From the NCBI GenBank assembly GCA_018970245.1, contig JAGWWT010000004.1, forward strand, positions 785 through 64,784: DNA of 64,000 bases, in the 5' to 3' direction. Position 1 is the stretch's first letter, and the number at the start of each line of letters is the position of its first letter. The translations under genes and the position numbers were made by a program. The stretch comes from Patescibacteria group bacterium (lineage in GTDB: Bacteria > Patescibacteriota > Minisyncoccia > Phycocordibacterales > PALSA-1337). The notes beneath the pieces were generated by a model that had not been told where the DNA came from, did not search any database, and worked only from the letters and a program-made list of their open reading frames with translations. Positions 38,766 to 47,901 of this stretch are shown in pieces.

Positions 38766-39485
38766 ATGCAAAAAATCACCAAAGAAGAGCGTCTAATCGC
38801 TCAAATGTTAACCGAAAACACGGGAGTTGCACTTCTGGATTCCGGCGGCGCGTATGGCAGGAATTGGGAACGCAATCAGGGCAAAACCGTTGAGCAATTC
38901 AGGAAGCAGCACACAACCGCAACGGCGGAAGAGAACTGGGGTTATGATGTTAACGTTCCCGTTTTCCAGTATCTCCGCGAAACGATCCGGCTGAATGAAA
39001 CGTGCGATAAATTCAACCGGCTAAAGTGTCCGAACTGGGACGGGTTCACGTATGGAATCAGTGACACTCAAACCGAGTGGCTGAAAAAACACGGCTTCGA
39101 AACGGACGAAGAGGCCAAAGAGCACGCACCAAAAGCGTATAACACCTATAACGATCCGGATTATTTCGGGCATTTGTCTCAGGTATTGCAGGGCACGTTC
39201 ATTTACAATACCGAGGAAGGCGAATGGTATTGCCTCTTACAAATTCACGGCGGTTGTGACGTGCGCGGCGGTTATACAGATGCGAAGCTCGTGCAATTCG
39301 ATTACCCGGGCGGTATGCCGGAAGGTTTGGAATTCTTTCCAACGCCGGATTATTCGCTCGTTATCAACGGCAAAACGTATGACGTGCGCGGGCCGGATGT
39401 TTGCGAAGCAGTAAGCGGCGAATCCGTAGAACTGCCTCCCGCAACCGAGGGGATGAAGGTTGAGGCATATTTGAGCACGGAATAA
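38766..39485 (+). CDS. Hypothetical protein (239 aa)
   Basis: ORF with Shine-Dalgarno AGGAGA. Natural composition. Confidence 0.55.
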   Translation: MQKITKEERLIAQMLTENTGVALLDSGGAYGRNWERNQGKTVEQFRKQHTTATAEENWGYDVNVPVFQYLRETIRLNETCDKFNRLKCPNWDGFTYGISDTQTEWLKKHGFETDEEAKEHAPKAYNTYNDPDYFGHLSQVLQGTFIYNTEEGEWYCLLQIHGGCDVRGGYTDAKLVQFDYPGGMPEGLEFFPTPDYSLVINGKTYDVRGPDVCEAVSGESVELPPATEGMKVEAYLSTE

Positions 39486-39618
39486 AGTGCTTCCCTCCTG
39501 AAACAACAGGGCCGGACGGCAACGCGAATTAGTGAACCGCGAACCGTTTTGGATTATGCGAATCCGCGGCCCTGCTAATTTTTCACGCCGGATCATCCGG
39601 CACTCAGAATATACAACT

Positions 39619-39879
39619 ATGGAACTCAACGACAAAGAAATAAGAGACGCGCTTTATAACTTCGTAATGACTACAAGCAACAATCCCGAAGATTATCCAG
39701 ATTTGCAGCTTTTCCGAATAATGCAGGACCTTGTAGAGCGCGGCGCGAAAGCCTTGCAGATTCCGGTTCCTCCTCCTTACGAGGAAGATACCGACGAGGA
39801 AGATGAAACGATGGAGCGGGAAGACTACGAACGCGCCTACGGTCCGCACGCGGCAACAGCGAAGTTCGGAACGGCTTAA
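39619..39879 (+). CDS. Small strongly acidic protein (86 aa), DNA-mimic-like
   Basis: Internal Met of track ORF 39532..39879. About 21 acidic vs 8 basic residues, with an EEDTDEEDETMEREDYE run. Confidence 0.4.
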   Translation: MELNDKEIRDALYNFVMTTSNNPEDYPDLQLFRIMQDLVERGAKALQIPVPPPYEEDTDEEDETMEREDYERAYGPHAATAKFGTA

Positions 39880-39921
39880 TTTTCAACAGCCGGGGATCAT
39901 CCGGCACAACCCAAAACCGCT

Positions 39922-40110
39922 ATGCAATACGGAGTTTATGAGAAAAACAATCCTTTAGCTCTGCACTCTATATGTGAGACTAAAGAGAGTGCGGAGAGAT
40001 GGATTCGGGAGACCGCACCCGAATATATCCGCCGCAACTATTTTATGAACAAAGCCTTACGTTCTTCCGCCGATTTCGTAGTGCGGGAGTACAAAAGAGA
40101 AAAGCGGTAA
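39922..40110 (+). CDS. Small hypothetical protein (62 aa)
   Basis: ORF. Confidence 0.35.
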   Translation: MQYGVYEKNNPLALHSICETKESAERWIRETAPEYIRRNYFMNKALRSSADFVVREYKREKR

Positions 40111-40173
40111 TTCACTAAATCAATCACACCAAACCGAGCGGAGCCAGCTCGTTAAAGTTCGGCGCGTAATAGT

Positions 40174-40728
40174 ATGAAAACCATTCAGATCAATTCACTC
40201 CGCGAATTCAATCGCACCTTAAAGACTCTCCGGGAATCCGGTCTCATTGAAGGCGAGGATTTCCAACGCATAGGCAACGCCGGTGCGCTTGAGGTCTCCG
40301 ACAAAGCGGAACAGGTTCTCGCTCAAGCCGAAGCCGCTCCGCCAAAGCGTATCACCGGCGCAAAAACCCGGCTCGAACGGCACGTTCAAAAGTGGCTGAA
40401 CGAACGGGCCAAAGACTACCCGGATGACGGAGTTCAGGGAGTGCTGAAAGACCTGTTCCACGGCGGTTGCGAGTCCGGGATCGTCTCACATTTGATTTAC
40501 TACACCGATACGGTGAAGTTCTTCCAAACTCACCGCCGGGAAATTTCCGAACTCTTAGCCGAGGCTGAAATTTCGGGCGGTTGGTGCAACCCGGCACACA
40601 TGTTTGGCGAGAAGTGGGACAAAGCCGATCCACTCGCCCAGGAAGATCAAAATCGCAACCTTCTGGCATGGTTCGGATTCGAAGAGACGGCACGCCGTCT
40701 GGCTGAACGGAACAACATCGAAATCTAA
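40174..40728 (+). CDS. Hypothetical protein (184 aa)
   Basis: ORF. Natural composition. Confidence 0.5.
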   Translation: MKTIQINSLREFNRTLKTLRESGLIEGEDFQRIGNAGALEVSDKAEQVLAQAEAAPPKRITGAKTRLERHVQKWLNERAKDYPDDGVQGVLKDLFHGGCESGIVSHLIYYTDTVKFFQTHRREISELLAEAEISGGWCNPAHMFGEKWDKADPLAQEDQNRNLLAWFGFEETARRLAERNNIEI

Positions 40729-40732
40729 AGCC

Positions 40733-40954
40733 ATGCTCAACATCATTTCGGGGTATCACCTAACGGCAACAGACCGGCAGGCCATTAAAGCACTCCGCGC
40801 CGCCGGTCTGAGTGCTGGCAAGATAGGCCGCACAAACTACCGTCTCACCGAATCGGCGGGAGTGTTCAGCCTAACGATCATAAAGAACGAAACCCTCACC
40901 ATCGGGCGAGGAATGGAGAAAAGCGTTCATACCATAACATTCACCGAATCCTAA
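40733..40954 (+). CDS. Small hypothetical protein (73 aa)
   Basis: Internal Met of track ORF 40604..40954, directly after the stop of 40174..40728. Confidence 0.35.
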   Translation: MLNIISGYHLTATDRQAIKALRAAGLSAGKIGRTNYRLTESAGVFSLTIIKNETLTIGRGMEKSVHTITFTES

Positions 40955-40998
40955 CCCCCTCAATCTTTAACAACACTACTGGAAAGGAAAAAACAGCA

Positions 40999-41586
40999 AT
41001 GAGTCATTTTTTCACGGCGGTTATTATTCCGCCAACCGGCGACCCTGAAAAACACGTTAATAAACTTCTCGCCGCGCATGAGGAAGATGAAAACGGCGGT
41101 CATTGGGACTGGTTTCAGATAGGCGGACGCTGGACAGGGGTGCTGGCTGACTACGACCCGGCGACCGACCCACGCAATACCGAAATTTGCTCTCAATGCG
41201 GCGGCACTGGCATTCGAACCGATAGGCCAGAAATGGTTTCTAAAGTTATCGAGGGAGTAGATTCGTTCGGAGAAGAGCGGGTAAATCACCCGCGATTAGG
41301 CCAAACCGGATGGTGCAACGGTTGCGACGGGCGCGGAACTCGCTCCGTTTGGCCTACCAATTTCCAACGATACCCCGGCGACGTTATGCAAATTTCAAAG
41401 CTTCCCAAACAGCCAACTCCACACGCTCTCGTAACTCCTGATGGAAGGTGGCAAGAAATCGGGGAAATGGGATGGTTTGGCGCGATGAACCAAACTGAAA
41501 GTGAAGGAGACTGGGCGGAGGTAATTCGCGCCACGCTCGAAAAATATCAAGATCATCGAATCGTAGTGGTTGATTGCCATATTTAG
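40999..41586 (+). CDS. Zn-ribbon-containing hypothetical protein (195 aa)
   Basis: CSQCGGTG ... CNGCDGRG paired CxxC motifs. Confidence 0.5.
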   Translation: MSHFFTAVIIPPTGDPEKHVNKLLAAHEEDENGGHWDWFQIGGRWTGVLADYDPATDPRNTEICSQCGGTGIRTDRPEMVSKVIEGVDSFGEERVNHPRLGQTGWCNGCDGRGTRSVWPTNFQRYPGDVMQISKLPKQPTPHALVTPDGRWQEIGEMGWFGAMNQTESEGDWAEVIRATLEKYQDHRIVVVDCHI

Positions 41587-41737
41587 ACCGGAGGGGTAGC
41601 CAACCCCTCCCTCCCCGGCGAAAGCCCAACAGAGGGCAAGGAATGAAGCGTAGGAAGAAGAATTAACCAATAGGAGAACCGATCATGCTACCCTTAACAG
41701 CTAAAACGCTTGGCTTTCACTTCCCCGGCGAGGACTA

Positions 41738-41941
41738 ATGACACGCATAACCTACAACGGGCCGAAAGGCAAAAACGCCGTGTATGACCTTCACATCGAG
41801 GGACACACGAACCACGAAGCGTGTGCCGCACTTACCGCTTTGTGGCACTCCTTCACCGTTGGGATCGAGCGGCTGCACAAGCTCCATCCGAACGACGTGA
41901 AAATTTACCGAACTATCGACACTAAAACCAAACGATCCTGA
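41738..41941 (+). CDS. Small hypothetical protein (67 aa)
   Basis: ORF. Confidence 0.4.
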   Translation: MTRITYNGPKGKNAVYDLHIEGHTNHEACAALTALWHSFTVGIERLHKLHPNDVKIYRTIDTKTKRS

Positions 41942-42108
41942 CACTAACCAAACAAGAAACCGCTACCGTACTGGCAGCACTCAGGCACTGGCAGAAAAAC
42001 GTTATCGAAGAACGCGAGGTTGATCCGGACTTCGGCAACGAAGAACTCTCCATCGACGACGTTCCTGAATCGCTCCGGGGGCATTTTCTCGACGGCGGGG
42101 AAGATCGA

Positions 42109-42420
42109 ATGCCGTTGGATGGGCCGCTCGAAAATGCAATCATTCCGCTCGGCGCGGACGAGATCGACGCGCTCTGTGAGCGGATCAACTCCGAGGAAGA
42201 GCCGGACGCGGTAGTGATTACCGTTTCAGGCGGAGTCACCGAAATCGCACAAAAACCAAAGGGCACTAAGGTAGTGATTTGGGACTACGACGTGCAAAAG
42301 GAAATGCGCGAACTTGGGCGACCCAACGATTTCACGCCGCACGTCAGCGACGCCGCGTGCGAGTATTCGAGCATTTCCCCCGAAGTGGCGCAATTCTTAG
42401 GTCAGGAACTTGTATTTTGA
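42109..42420 (+). CDS. Hypothetical acidic protein; possible N-terminal extension upstream
   Basis: ORF. The same frame is open and protein-like for 55 codons upstream, back to 41944, without an ATG. Confidence 0.4.
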   Translation: MPLDGPLENAIIPLGADEIDALCERINSEEEPDAVVITVSGGVTEIAQKPKGTKVVIWDYDVQKEMRELGRPNDFTPHVSDAACEYSSISPEVAQFLGQELVF

Positions 42421-42437
42421 GGAAGGAGACTGAACCC

Positions 42438-42614
42438 ATGCTCACAGTTGTCGAGCGCGAATTCAACGGCAAAAAGTTTTACTTTTACGAGCCGCGCCAC
42501 ATGGGATGGATAAACAATCCCGCGAAAGCGATTCAGCTAAACGAAAGCGATGGCGCAACCCTTGTTCTTGCGCTTCGCCGTCGAGGTTATCACTGCAAAC
42601 TTAAAGATATTTGA
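42438..42614 (+). CDS. Small hypothetical protein (58 aa)
   Basis: Internal Met of track ORF 42279..42614, with a strong Shine-Dalgarno GGAAGGAGA. Confidence 0.4.
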   Translation: MLTVVEREFNGKKFYFYEPRHMGWINNPAKAIQLNESDGATLVLALRRRGYHCKLKDI

Positions 42615-42618
42615 ACCC

Positions 42619-42954
42619 ATGCAAAACACAAGGCACGCCGAAGCAATCAAGGTTCTACAGAACGAGATTGGCGTTATCGAGATCGGAGAAAACGCGCTCG
42701 CTGAAGGAATCTACCGAGAATCCGACAACCCTTTCAAAATCAAAGGCGAGTTGGTACGGCGAAAAAATGCGCTCCGAATGTCAATTGTCGCACTCAATCT
42801 CGATGACTCCGACCAGGCGACCATCCAGGAGCTTACGCGGGTTTTAGAAAGCGTTCTCGGTCACGGAACGAGCAATTCTCAAGCAGCGCGAATGAGCCGA
42901 AAATATGCGCAGGACGTTTTGGCCAACGCTAAGAAGAAAGGAGCAGCATTGTGA
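42619..42954 (+). CDS. Hypothetical protein (111 aa)
   Basis: Internal Met of track ORF 42550..42954, immediately after the preceding stop. Confidence 0.4.
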   Translation: MQNTRHAEAIKVLQNEIGVIEIGENALAEGIYRESDNPFKIKGELVRRKNALRMSIVALNLDDSDQATIQELTRVLESVLGHGTSNSQAARMSRKYAQDVLANAKKKGAAL

Positions 42955-43145
42955 GAGCATTTCGGGTTGACTATGATGCTTATGTAATTCACTTGGACAC
43001 CGGGGTAAGTGGATATGAGCCACAAACAGTTTACCTTCACCCAAACGAATTAACGCCATCACTCGAAAAATGGATACAGACGGGCGGAAAAGACTTTCGC
43101 ATCCGCTATGTTGAAATGGAAGAGCACACTGAGAAAGGAGCATAA
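42951..43145 (+). CDS. Small hypothetical protein (64 aa, GTG start)
   Basis: ORF with Shine-Dalgarno AAGGAG. Confidence 0.35.
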   Translation: MRAFRVDYDAYVIHLDTGVSGYEPQTVYLHPNELTPSLEKWIQTGGKDFRIRYVEMEEHTEKGA

Positions 43146-43151
43146 ACCACC

Positions 43152-43370
43152 ATGAGGTTAACCGTCGATCTCACTCCGCTCGAATTCACCATTTTGATGT
43201 TTGGAATTAGCGCACTTGCCGAGCAACGTGAAGCGAAACCCTCCCGCGCAATTCGCTACAGAGTGCCGCCGTCTCCCATTTGGAATTATGCCGAGCTTCC
43301 ATCGAAAGCAGATGCAAAGGCGTTACAACAAAAGCTTCTGAATGCAACGGGCGGAGGGCACGTAGCATGA
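43152..43370 (+). CDS. Small hypothetical protein (72 aa)
   Basis: ORF with Shine-Dalgarno AAAGGAG. Confidence 0.4.
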   Translation: MRLTVDLTPLEFTILMFGISALAEQREAKPSRAIRYRVPPSPIWNYAELPSKADAKALQQKLLNATGGGHVA

Positions 43371-43470
43371 CCACCATGCCGTACATTTTTGCACTTCTTT
43401 ACATCGGTCTTGCCGTTGCCTCCGTTGGCTTCGCAATCGCGATACATAGAACGTGGAGGAAGCGCAATCC

Positions 43471-43725
43471 ATGACCACCCGCACCCTCAAACGCGCCGCA
43501 CTTATCGCACTACTGGCTGCGGCTTCCTGCGCTCCCCTCCGCACCTACACCGACGTAGTGCGCATGTACGGCAACCCAGAATCCATCGACACACTCCCGC
43601 ACGGCTACACGCTTGACCATTTCAAAAATGAATCCGGCAGAGAAGCGTTTGGTTTCTCTGCGGATGGAGTCATTAAGTGGCACTATACCGACTCGACAAG
43701 AATTGACCCGTTACCACATTTCTGA
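43471..43725 (+). CDS. Small secreted/lipoprotein-like protein
   Basis: Internal Met of track ORF 43453..43725. N-terminus MTTRTLKRAALIALLAAASCAP. Confidence 0.4.
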   Translation: MTTRTLKRAALIALLAAASCAPLRTYTDVVRMYGNPESIDTLPHGYTLDHFKNESGREAFGFSADGVIKWHYTDSTRIDPLPHF

Positions 43726-43728
43726 ACC

Positions 43729-43941
43729 ATGACAAGCCAAGAAGCAAGAGAGAAAGTGCGCAAAATGCACGAAGCCGCAATGAAGGAGCTTCAAGACTTC
43801 GAGTTCACGTGGAAACCCTTCTTCGAGCCAAAAGACGACCATCGGTTCCGCAATCGAGCGCGAGTGCAAGACCCGAATTACGTGGGCGAAGCGGAGTTTA
43901 CTATCGTAGAGGAACGAGAGGAACGATTATTAAATCCATGA
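43729..43941 (+). CDS. Small hypothetical protein (70 aa)
   Basis: ORF. Confidence 0.4.
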   Translation: MTSQEAREKVRKMHEAAMKELQDFEFTWKPFFEPKDDHRFRNRARVQDPNYVGEAEFTIVEEREERLLNP

Positions 43942-44111
43942 AGCGAATCAATCATCACATCATACCCGACACGCATAAATACTCCCGGCTCGAAATGCGT
44001 TTTATGCGATTCACTCAGCGCGATTGGGACAATCACTGCGAGTATTTGATCGCCATTCTTTTCGATCGAGCGCGAATCATTTTTAGCGAAAAGGAAGAGC
44101 ATGACGCCTGA
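43938..44111 (+). CDS. Small hypothetical protein (57 aa)
   Basis: Internal Met of track ORF 43809..44111, ATGA-coupled. Confidence 0.35.
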   Translation: MKRINHHIIPDTHKYSRLEMRFMRFTQRDWDNHCEYLIAILFDRARIIFSEKEEHDA

Positions 44112-44340
44112 ACAATTCGAGCAGCAGTTGATATGCGATTCTATCGAGGGAAGGGGACCGCTCGCCGAAGTGTATCACGCCGGCGTGAATGCAATGGACC
44201 TATCCGAATTTTACAAAGCTGTTCGCCAGCGGAAAGAAGCATTTCGCATCAGTCAAATTCCATACAGCGACTTGGAAGGATACGACAAAGACCGGGACGA
44301 TGCTTACGGTGAATATTTAGACAGGAGATATGACGAATGA
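44101..44340 (+). CDS. Small hypothetical protein (79 aa)
   Basis: ORF with Shine-Dalgarno. Confidence 0.4.
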   Translation: MTPEQFEQQLICDSIEGRGPLAEVYHAGVNAMDLSEFYKAVRQRKEAFRISQIPYSDLEGYDKDRDDAYGEYLDRRYDE

Positions 44341-44525
44341 AAACCCTACGTCTTACGCGGCGCGAACTGATAACAGTTAACCGCGCCATTTACGATTGGA
44401 TGCAACTCATGGAACATCAGAACGCTGTGATGGGAGAACCAGACCCAGACGAGAATTTCCCCCTCACTGATCGCAAATCTCTGATGGCTCTTCTTGAAAA
44501 AACATATCAACCGGAGGCAGAATGA
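44337..44525 (+). CDS. Small hypothetical protein (62 aa)
   Basis: ORF, ATGA-coupled. Confidence 0.4.
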   Translation: MKTLRLTRRELITVNRAIYDWMQLMEHQNAVMGEPDPDENFPLTDRKSLMALLEKTYQPEAE

Positions 44526-44956
44526 AACGCATAGGAACCATTGAAGAAGAAACCACACTGCTGCCGCATGTTATTGCAGAGAGCGTTGTGCGAGATTTAG
44601 AATGCTCGTTCGATTCAGCTATTCCGGATCGAATGCTGCCTGCCGAACCGCGATACGGATTCCCCGAAATAAAAACAAGGGAGGATTTGATTAACGCGCT
44701 GGCCGATCGAGCTAATTTCTTCTATCAAAAACCGGACAATCAAGGCGTAGGATTCCGCGTCAAAATGAAGCGGCATAGCGGCCGCAGTACACTTACCAGC
44801 TTTATGCGCCATTGGGTAACCGCTATGCTCAAATGCACCGTCAACGGCGAGCGCATTCCGGACCTGTGGAGTTGGTACGGCCAGGGAATGCCGAACCGCC
44901 AGAAAGAACGACTCATTCGTGAAATGGGACAAAAGGCGAAATATATCGAAGCATAA
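44522..44956 (+). CDS. Hypothetical protein (144 aa)
   Basis: ORF. Confidence 0.45.
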   Translation: MKRIGTIEEETTLLPHVIAESVVRDLECSFDSAIPDRMLPAEPRYGFPEIKTREDLINALADRANFFYQKPDNQGVGFRVKMKRHSGRSTLTSFMRHWVTAMLKCTVNGERIPDLWSWYGQGMPNRQKERLIREMGQKAKYIEA

Positions 44957-45002
44957 GAAACATTTCCGAAACCCTTCTGAATTACGACACGTTAATATTA
45001 TT

Positions 45003-45200
45003 ATGACTATCGCCGATCCACGTATTACATTTCAGGTATCCGACCAAGAGCTTGCGCTGCTGCATTGGGAGTTACAGCAAAAGCGCATTGAAGATCGGAA
45101 ATACACCATGTCCCGGCTTATTCGCGACCGTCTGCGAATACCGGAGATCAAAAAACGCTTTGTGAAAAATGAGCTTGACTATCCCCAAGAAGATCGATAA
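45003..45200 (+). CDS. Ribbon-helix-helix (CopG/Arc-like) DNA-binding protein
   Basis: Internal Met of track ORF 44919..45200. ITFQVSDQELALLHWELQ...TMSRLIRDRL fits the RHH strand-helix-helix pattern. Confidence 0.45.
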   Translation: MTIADPRITFQVSDQELALLHWELQQKRIEDRKYTMSRLIRDRLRIPEIKKRFVKNELDYPQEDR

Positions 45201-45666
45201 CCTGCGCTCGCAATACTACAAAGAGTGCGTGGTTCGATATGGCTGCGTAATCTGCAACGCATTGGGACTAAAAGCTCGCGGCATAATCGATCCGCACCAT
45301 GTAGATGGCGTAGGAAAGGCCGGCGTGGGCGGTGACGATCGCACGGTGGGCGCGTGCAGGTTGCTTCATCATCCACAGTCACCCCTGGCATTCAAAGAAC
45401 TGTGCCGAGAGAAGGGCTTGGACGCCGAGCAATTAGTAATCGACACCCAGCGGCACTTCATGCTCGATCACGGCTATGAGATCCCGCGCGACGGAGAAAC
45501 CTTAGCTGATATTTTGGTCAAAGCCGAACTGGGTGAGCGATGGAATCCAGGCAAACGGGTATCGAATGGGACCGCAGGGAGCAAGGGCAAAAAGCTTCCG
45601 GGTACGCGACGATCCACGAAACCGTGCAATTCGTTCGCGAATGGAGTTTTTACAGTAGATCAGTAG
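45169..45666 (+). CDS. HNH-family endonuclease
   Basis: CVIC...DPHHVDGVGKAGVGGDD...ACRLLHH matches the HNH CxxC / DHH / GGdd / C..H pattern. Confidence 0.5.
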   Translation: MSLTIPKKIDNLRSQYYKECVVRYGCVICNALGLKARGIIDPHHVDGVGKAGVGGDDRTVGACRLLHHPQSPLAFKELCREKGLDAEQLVIDTQRHFMLDHGYEIPRDGETLADILVKAELGERWNPGKRVSNGTAGSKGKKLPGTRRSTKPCNSFANGVFTVDQ

Positions 45667-45699
45667 TGGGAGCGAATTCAACAGGAGTATAATCAGTAG

Positions 45700-46145
45700 G
45701 CCCGGTTCTCCGGGAGCGGAAAAAGATTTCACTTAAAAAGAAGAACGCCGGTTCCGGCTATCGCAAATGAAAGCGATAATCCGGCGTAGTGCGGAAAGTT
45801 GGAATATGACGCACACAACGGTGAAATTTTAGCAGGTTCCCGAACCTCAAAATCGGAAGGCCGGGTGCGCTTGAATGTGTGCCCGGATGCAATGAGCCTC
45901 GTTGCTCAGGACTTCGAATGGTGACATTCGGAGCGCGTTCTGCAAGTGGTTAACAATACGCAGGGCGTGTTAATGGCAAATGCGACCACATCATTTGCTT
46001 TTGTAGGTATGCCTCGTGGAACCGAGGGGCTTGGTTCGGTTTCGCCGCTCCCCGTCGCGGCGTCCCTGTAAATGGGTAAGCGGCACACGTTGCAAAGTGT
46101 GATTCGCAGACGGGGAGATTTTCACATTCCCCCCACGGGGGCTTA
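45700..46145 (+). ncRNA. Hairpin-dense non-coding segment; candidate structured RNA
   Basis: No plus-strand ORF of 60 aa or more. Ten or more GC-rich stem-loops, including an 8-bp stem capped by the GNRA tetraloop GUGA (45913-45932), a nested Y structure (45745-45787), and hairpins at 45976-45998 and 46043-46062. Confidence 0.35.
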
Positions 46146-46160
46146 ACAGCAGAAGAACAC

Positions 46161-46640
46161 ATGAAAATTGAAATCGACTTAGACGAATTATTCCAATCCG
46201 AAGGTGAGACAACGGAAGAGGCTATTCGGAAATCCATCATAGCCCATCTTTCGAAAGAAATTCGCGTAGATACTAAAGCCCAAATTAAGGCGACGATCCC
46301 AGACATTATCACTGGTTCGGTAAAAGAATATATGGCGAATCTCTTGCCGAATCTGATTGAGGAGGAATTTTCTCCTAAAACAGAATGGGGCGAAAAGCTT
46401 CCCAAGACCAGCGTTCGGCATCAAATTATCGAGGGTATAAAGGCGCAATTAAAGTTCACGCCTAATGCTCGATGGGATTCTGACAAGAGTGTGATCACGA
46501 AGCTTGTCGAAGATGCTACGAAAAAGATATTCGAAGAATTTCAGCAAACTCTCGCGAAGGAAATCAATGCACAGTTTACGGCTCGTGCGTTAGAAGAGGC
46601 GAAAAAACAACTCGCGGGAAAGCTCGGCATCAAACAGTAA
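46161..46640 (+). CDS. Hypothetical helical protein (159 aa)
   Basis: ORF. Confidence 0.5.
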   Translation: MKIEIDLDELFQSEGETTEEAIRKSIIAHLSKEIRVDTKAQIKATIPDIITGSVKEYMANLLPNLIEEEFSPKTEWGEKLPKTSVRHQIIEGIKAQLKFTPNARWDSDKSVITKLVEDATKKIFEEFQQTLAKEINAQFTARALEEAKKQLAGKLGIKQ

Positions 46641-46736
46641 CCATCGCCCCCGTGGGGCGGAAAGAGTCCGCCCCATCGGACGCGGCGGTAACAAAAACAT
46701 AAGGGTATATTGCATAGAGGGGAGAAACAAGAGACA

Positions 46737-46997
46737 ATGGAGTACGATTGCAAAAATTGCGGCAGACCAGCAATAGTCGCCGTGGTTATGGATAATCTTC
46801 CATATGCGAATTATACGCCGCTATGCGACTATTGCCTTCAGGAGCATTGGGAGACCGAGCAAGAGATAGCAGACCACGAAATGCGTCACTTCGGCGGAGC
46901 CTACGGAATACCGTGCTCGCATACGGTTCCATTAGAAGAAATTCCCATCGAAGTGGAGTTCGAAGAAGTTAGGGAATCATTATTATTAAACGAGTAA
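46737..46997 (+). CDS. Small Zn-ribbon protein
   Basis: CKNCG ... CDYC. Internal Met of track ORF 46710. Confidence 0.45.
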   Translation: MEYDCKNCGRPAIVAVVMDNLPYANYTPLCDYCLQEHWETEQEIADHEMRHFGGAYGIPCSHTVPLEEIPIEVEFEEVRESLLLNE

Positions 46998-47160
46998 CCT
47001 ATGGAACCAAAAGTGGAACCAACCAAACCGAACACCCAACTCACGTCAATTCCCGTTATTTACAAGCGCGGAGAATATCGTGATCGATTAATAAAGGATC
47101 AATGTCGGTACATGACACACAAGCGATTCAACGAATTCCCATTTCAGGAAGGAGAACGCA

Positions 47161-47373
47161 ATGGGGACGCATAAGGCTCGAAAGTGTATCGGTTACGATG
47201 CTAATGGCAAGGGATTCGATTGCCCTAATTTCGCCGGGACGGGTAGGCTGAAAAACCCATACTGGTGCGGCGAGTGCGACAAACGGCGGCTTAATCGAAT
47301 TTCCGGTCAGTTCGAAGAAATTCAGAAATCATTCCAACCCCTACCAACAGGAGAACACGATGGAGATGGCTAA
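47161..47373 (+). CDS. Small Zn-finger protein (70 aa)
   Basis: CIGY..C.. and WCGECDKRR cysteine pairs. Confidence 0.4.
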   Translation: MGTHKARKCIGYDANGKGFDCPNFAGTGRLKNPYWCGECDKRRLNRISGQFEEIQKSFQPLPTGEHDGDG

Positions 47374-47665
47374 AAAGCGTGAGACTTGTTTTATTCAGCA
47401 ACCGGCAGTCTATGAAGTGTTTTGCGATTTGTGCGGGAGCGTGAACACGACATGGTCAGAATACGAGCACATGATTTGGTGTTTTGAATGCGAAAAGGAC
47501 ACACCGGGAACGAGCGGTATTTTTGGTGGCCCGATCCCGATACAGGTATCCAAAATGCTCGGCATTTCATTCGACAAAATCGAAATCGCAACCGGAGACA
47601 TTCTTCGCATGAAAACCGGAGAGAAGGGAATTTATTGGGAGAAAGAAATAGGAGAACACCCATGA
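47360..47665 (+). CDS. Small Zn-ribbon protein (101 aa)
   Basis: CDLCG ... CFECEK. Confidence 0.45.
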   Translation: MEMAKKRETCFIQQPAVYEVFCDLCGSVNTTWSEYEHMIWCFECEKDTPGTSGIFGGPIPIQVSKMLGISFDKIEIATGDILRMKTGEKGIYWEKEIGEHP

Positions 47666-47901
47666 GCACTCAACCCGAACCCATGACCGACAATCAGGAC
47701 TTTTGGAACGGCAAACGGAACCTTTACGGAAAATCCGAACCCAAAGCCCAAGACCTTACGCCGCTCATCCATGAAAAGGATCTGCGCGAGTTCGTGCGGT
47801 TGACAAAGCTTGGTTATCGCGCTGAGGAGCATTTAGGGCATTTAACCATCATAGACCCATTTCATAAGACCGATACCATCACAATAAGGAACGATTTATG
47901 A
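47662..47901 (+). CDS. Hypothetical protein (79 aa)
   Basis: Internal Met of track ORF 47488..47901, ATGA-coupled. Confidence 0.4.
   Translation: MSTQPEPMTDNQDFWNGKRNLYGKSEPKAQDLTPLIHEKDLREFVRLTKLGYRAEEHLGHLTIIDPFHKTDTITIRNDL

Noticed and set aside
41590-41610. GGAGGGG-N7-CCCCTCC hairpin after the 40999..41586 stop as an intrinsic terminator
   Set aside because: A perfect 7-bp stem but no following U-tract, so it could be an RNA stability element rather than a terminator. Not listed as a feature.
45667-46160. Group I intron with intron-encoded HNH endonuclease
   Set aside because: The flanking ORFs (44522..44956 and 46161..46640) each have their own start and stop and do not read as a split gene. 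I could not identify P1/P7 or omega-G features by eye, so it is kept only as a generic structured-RNA candidate.
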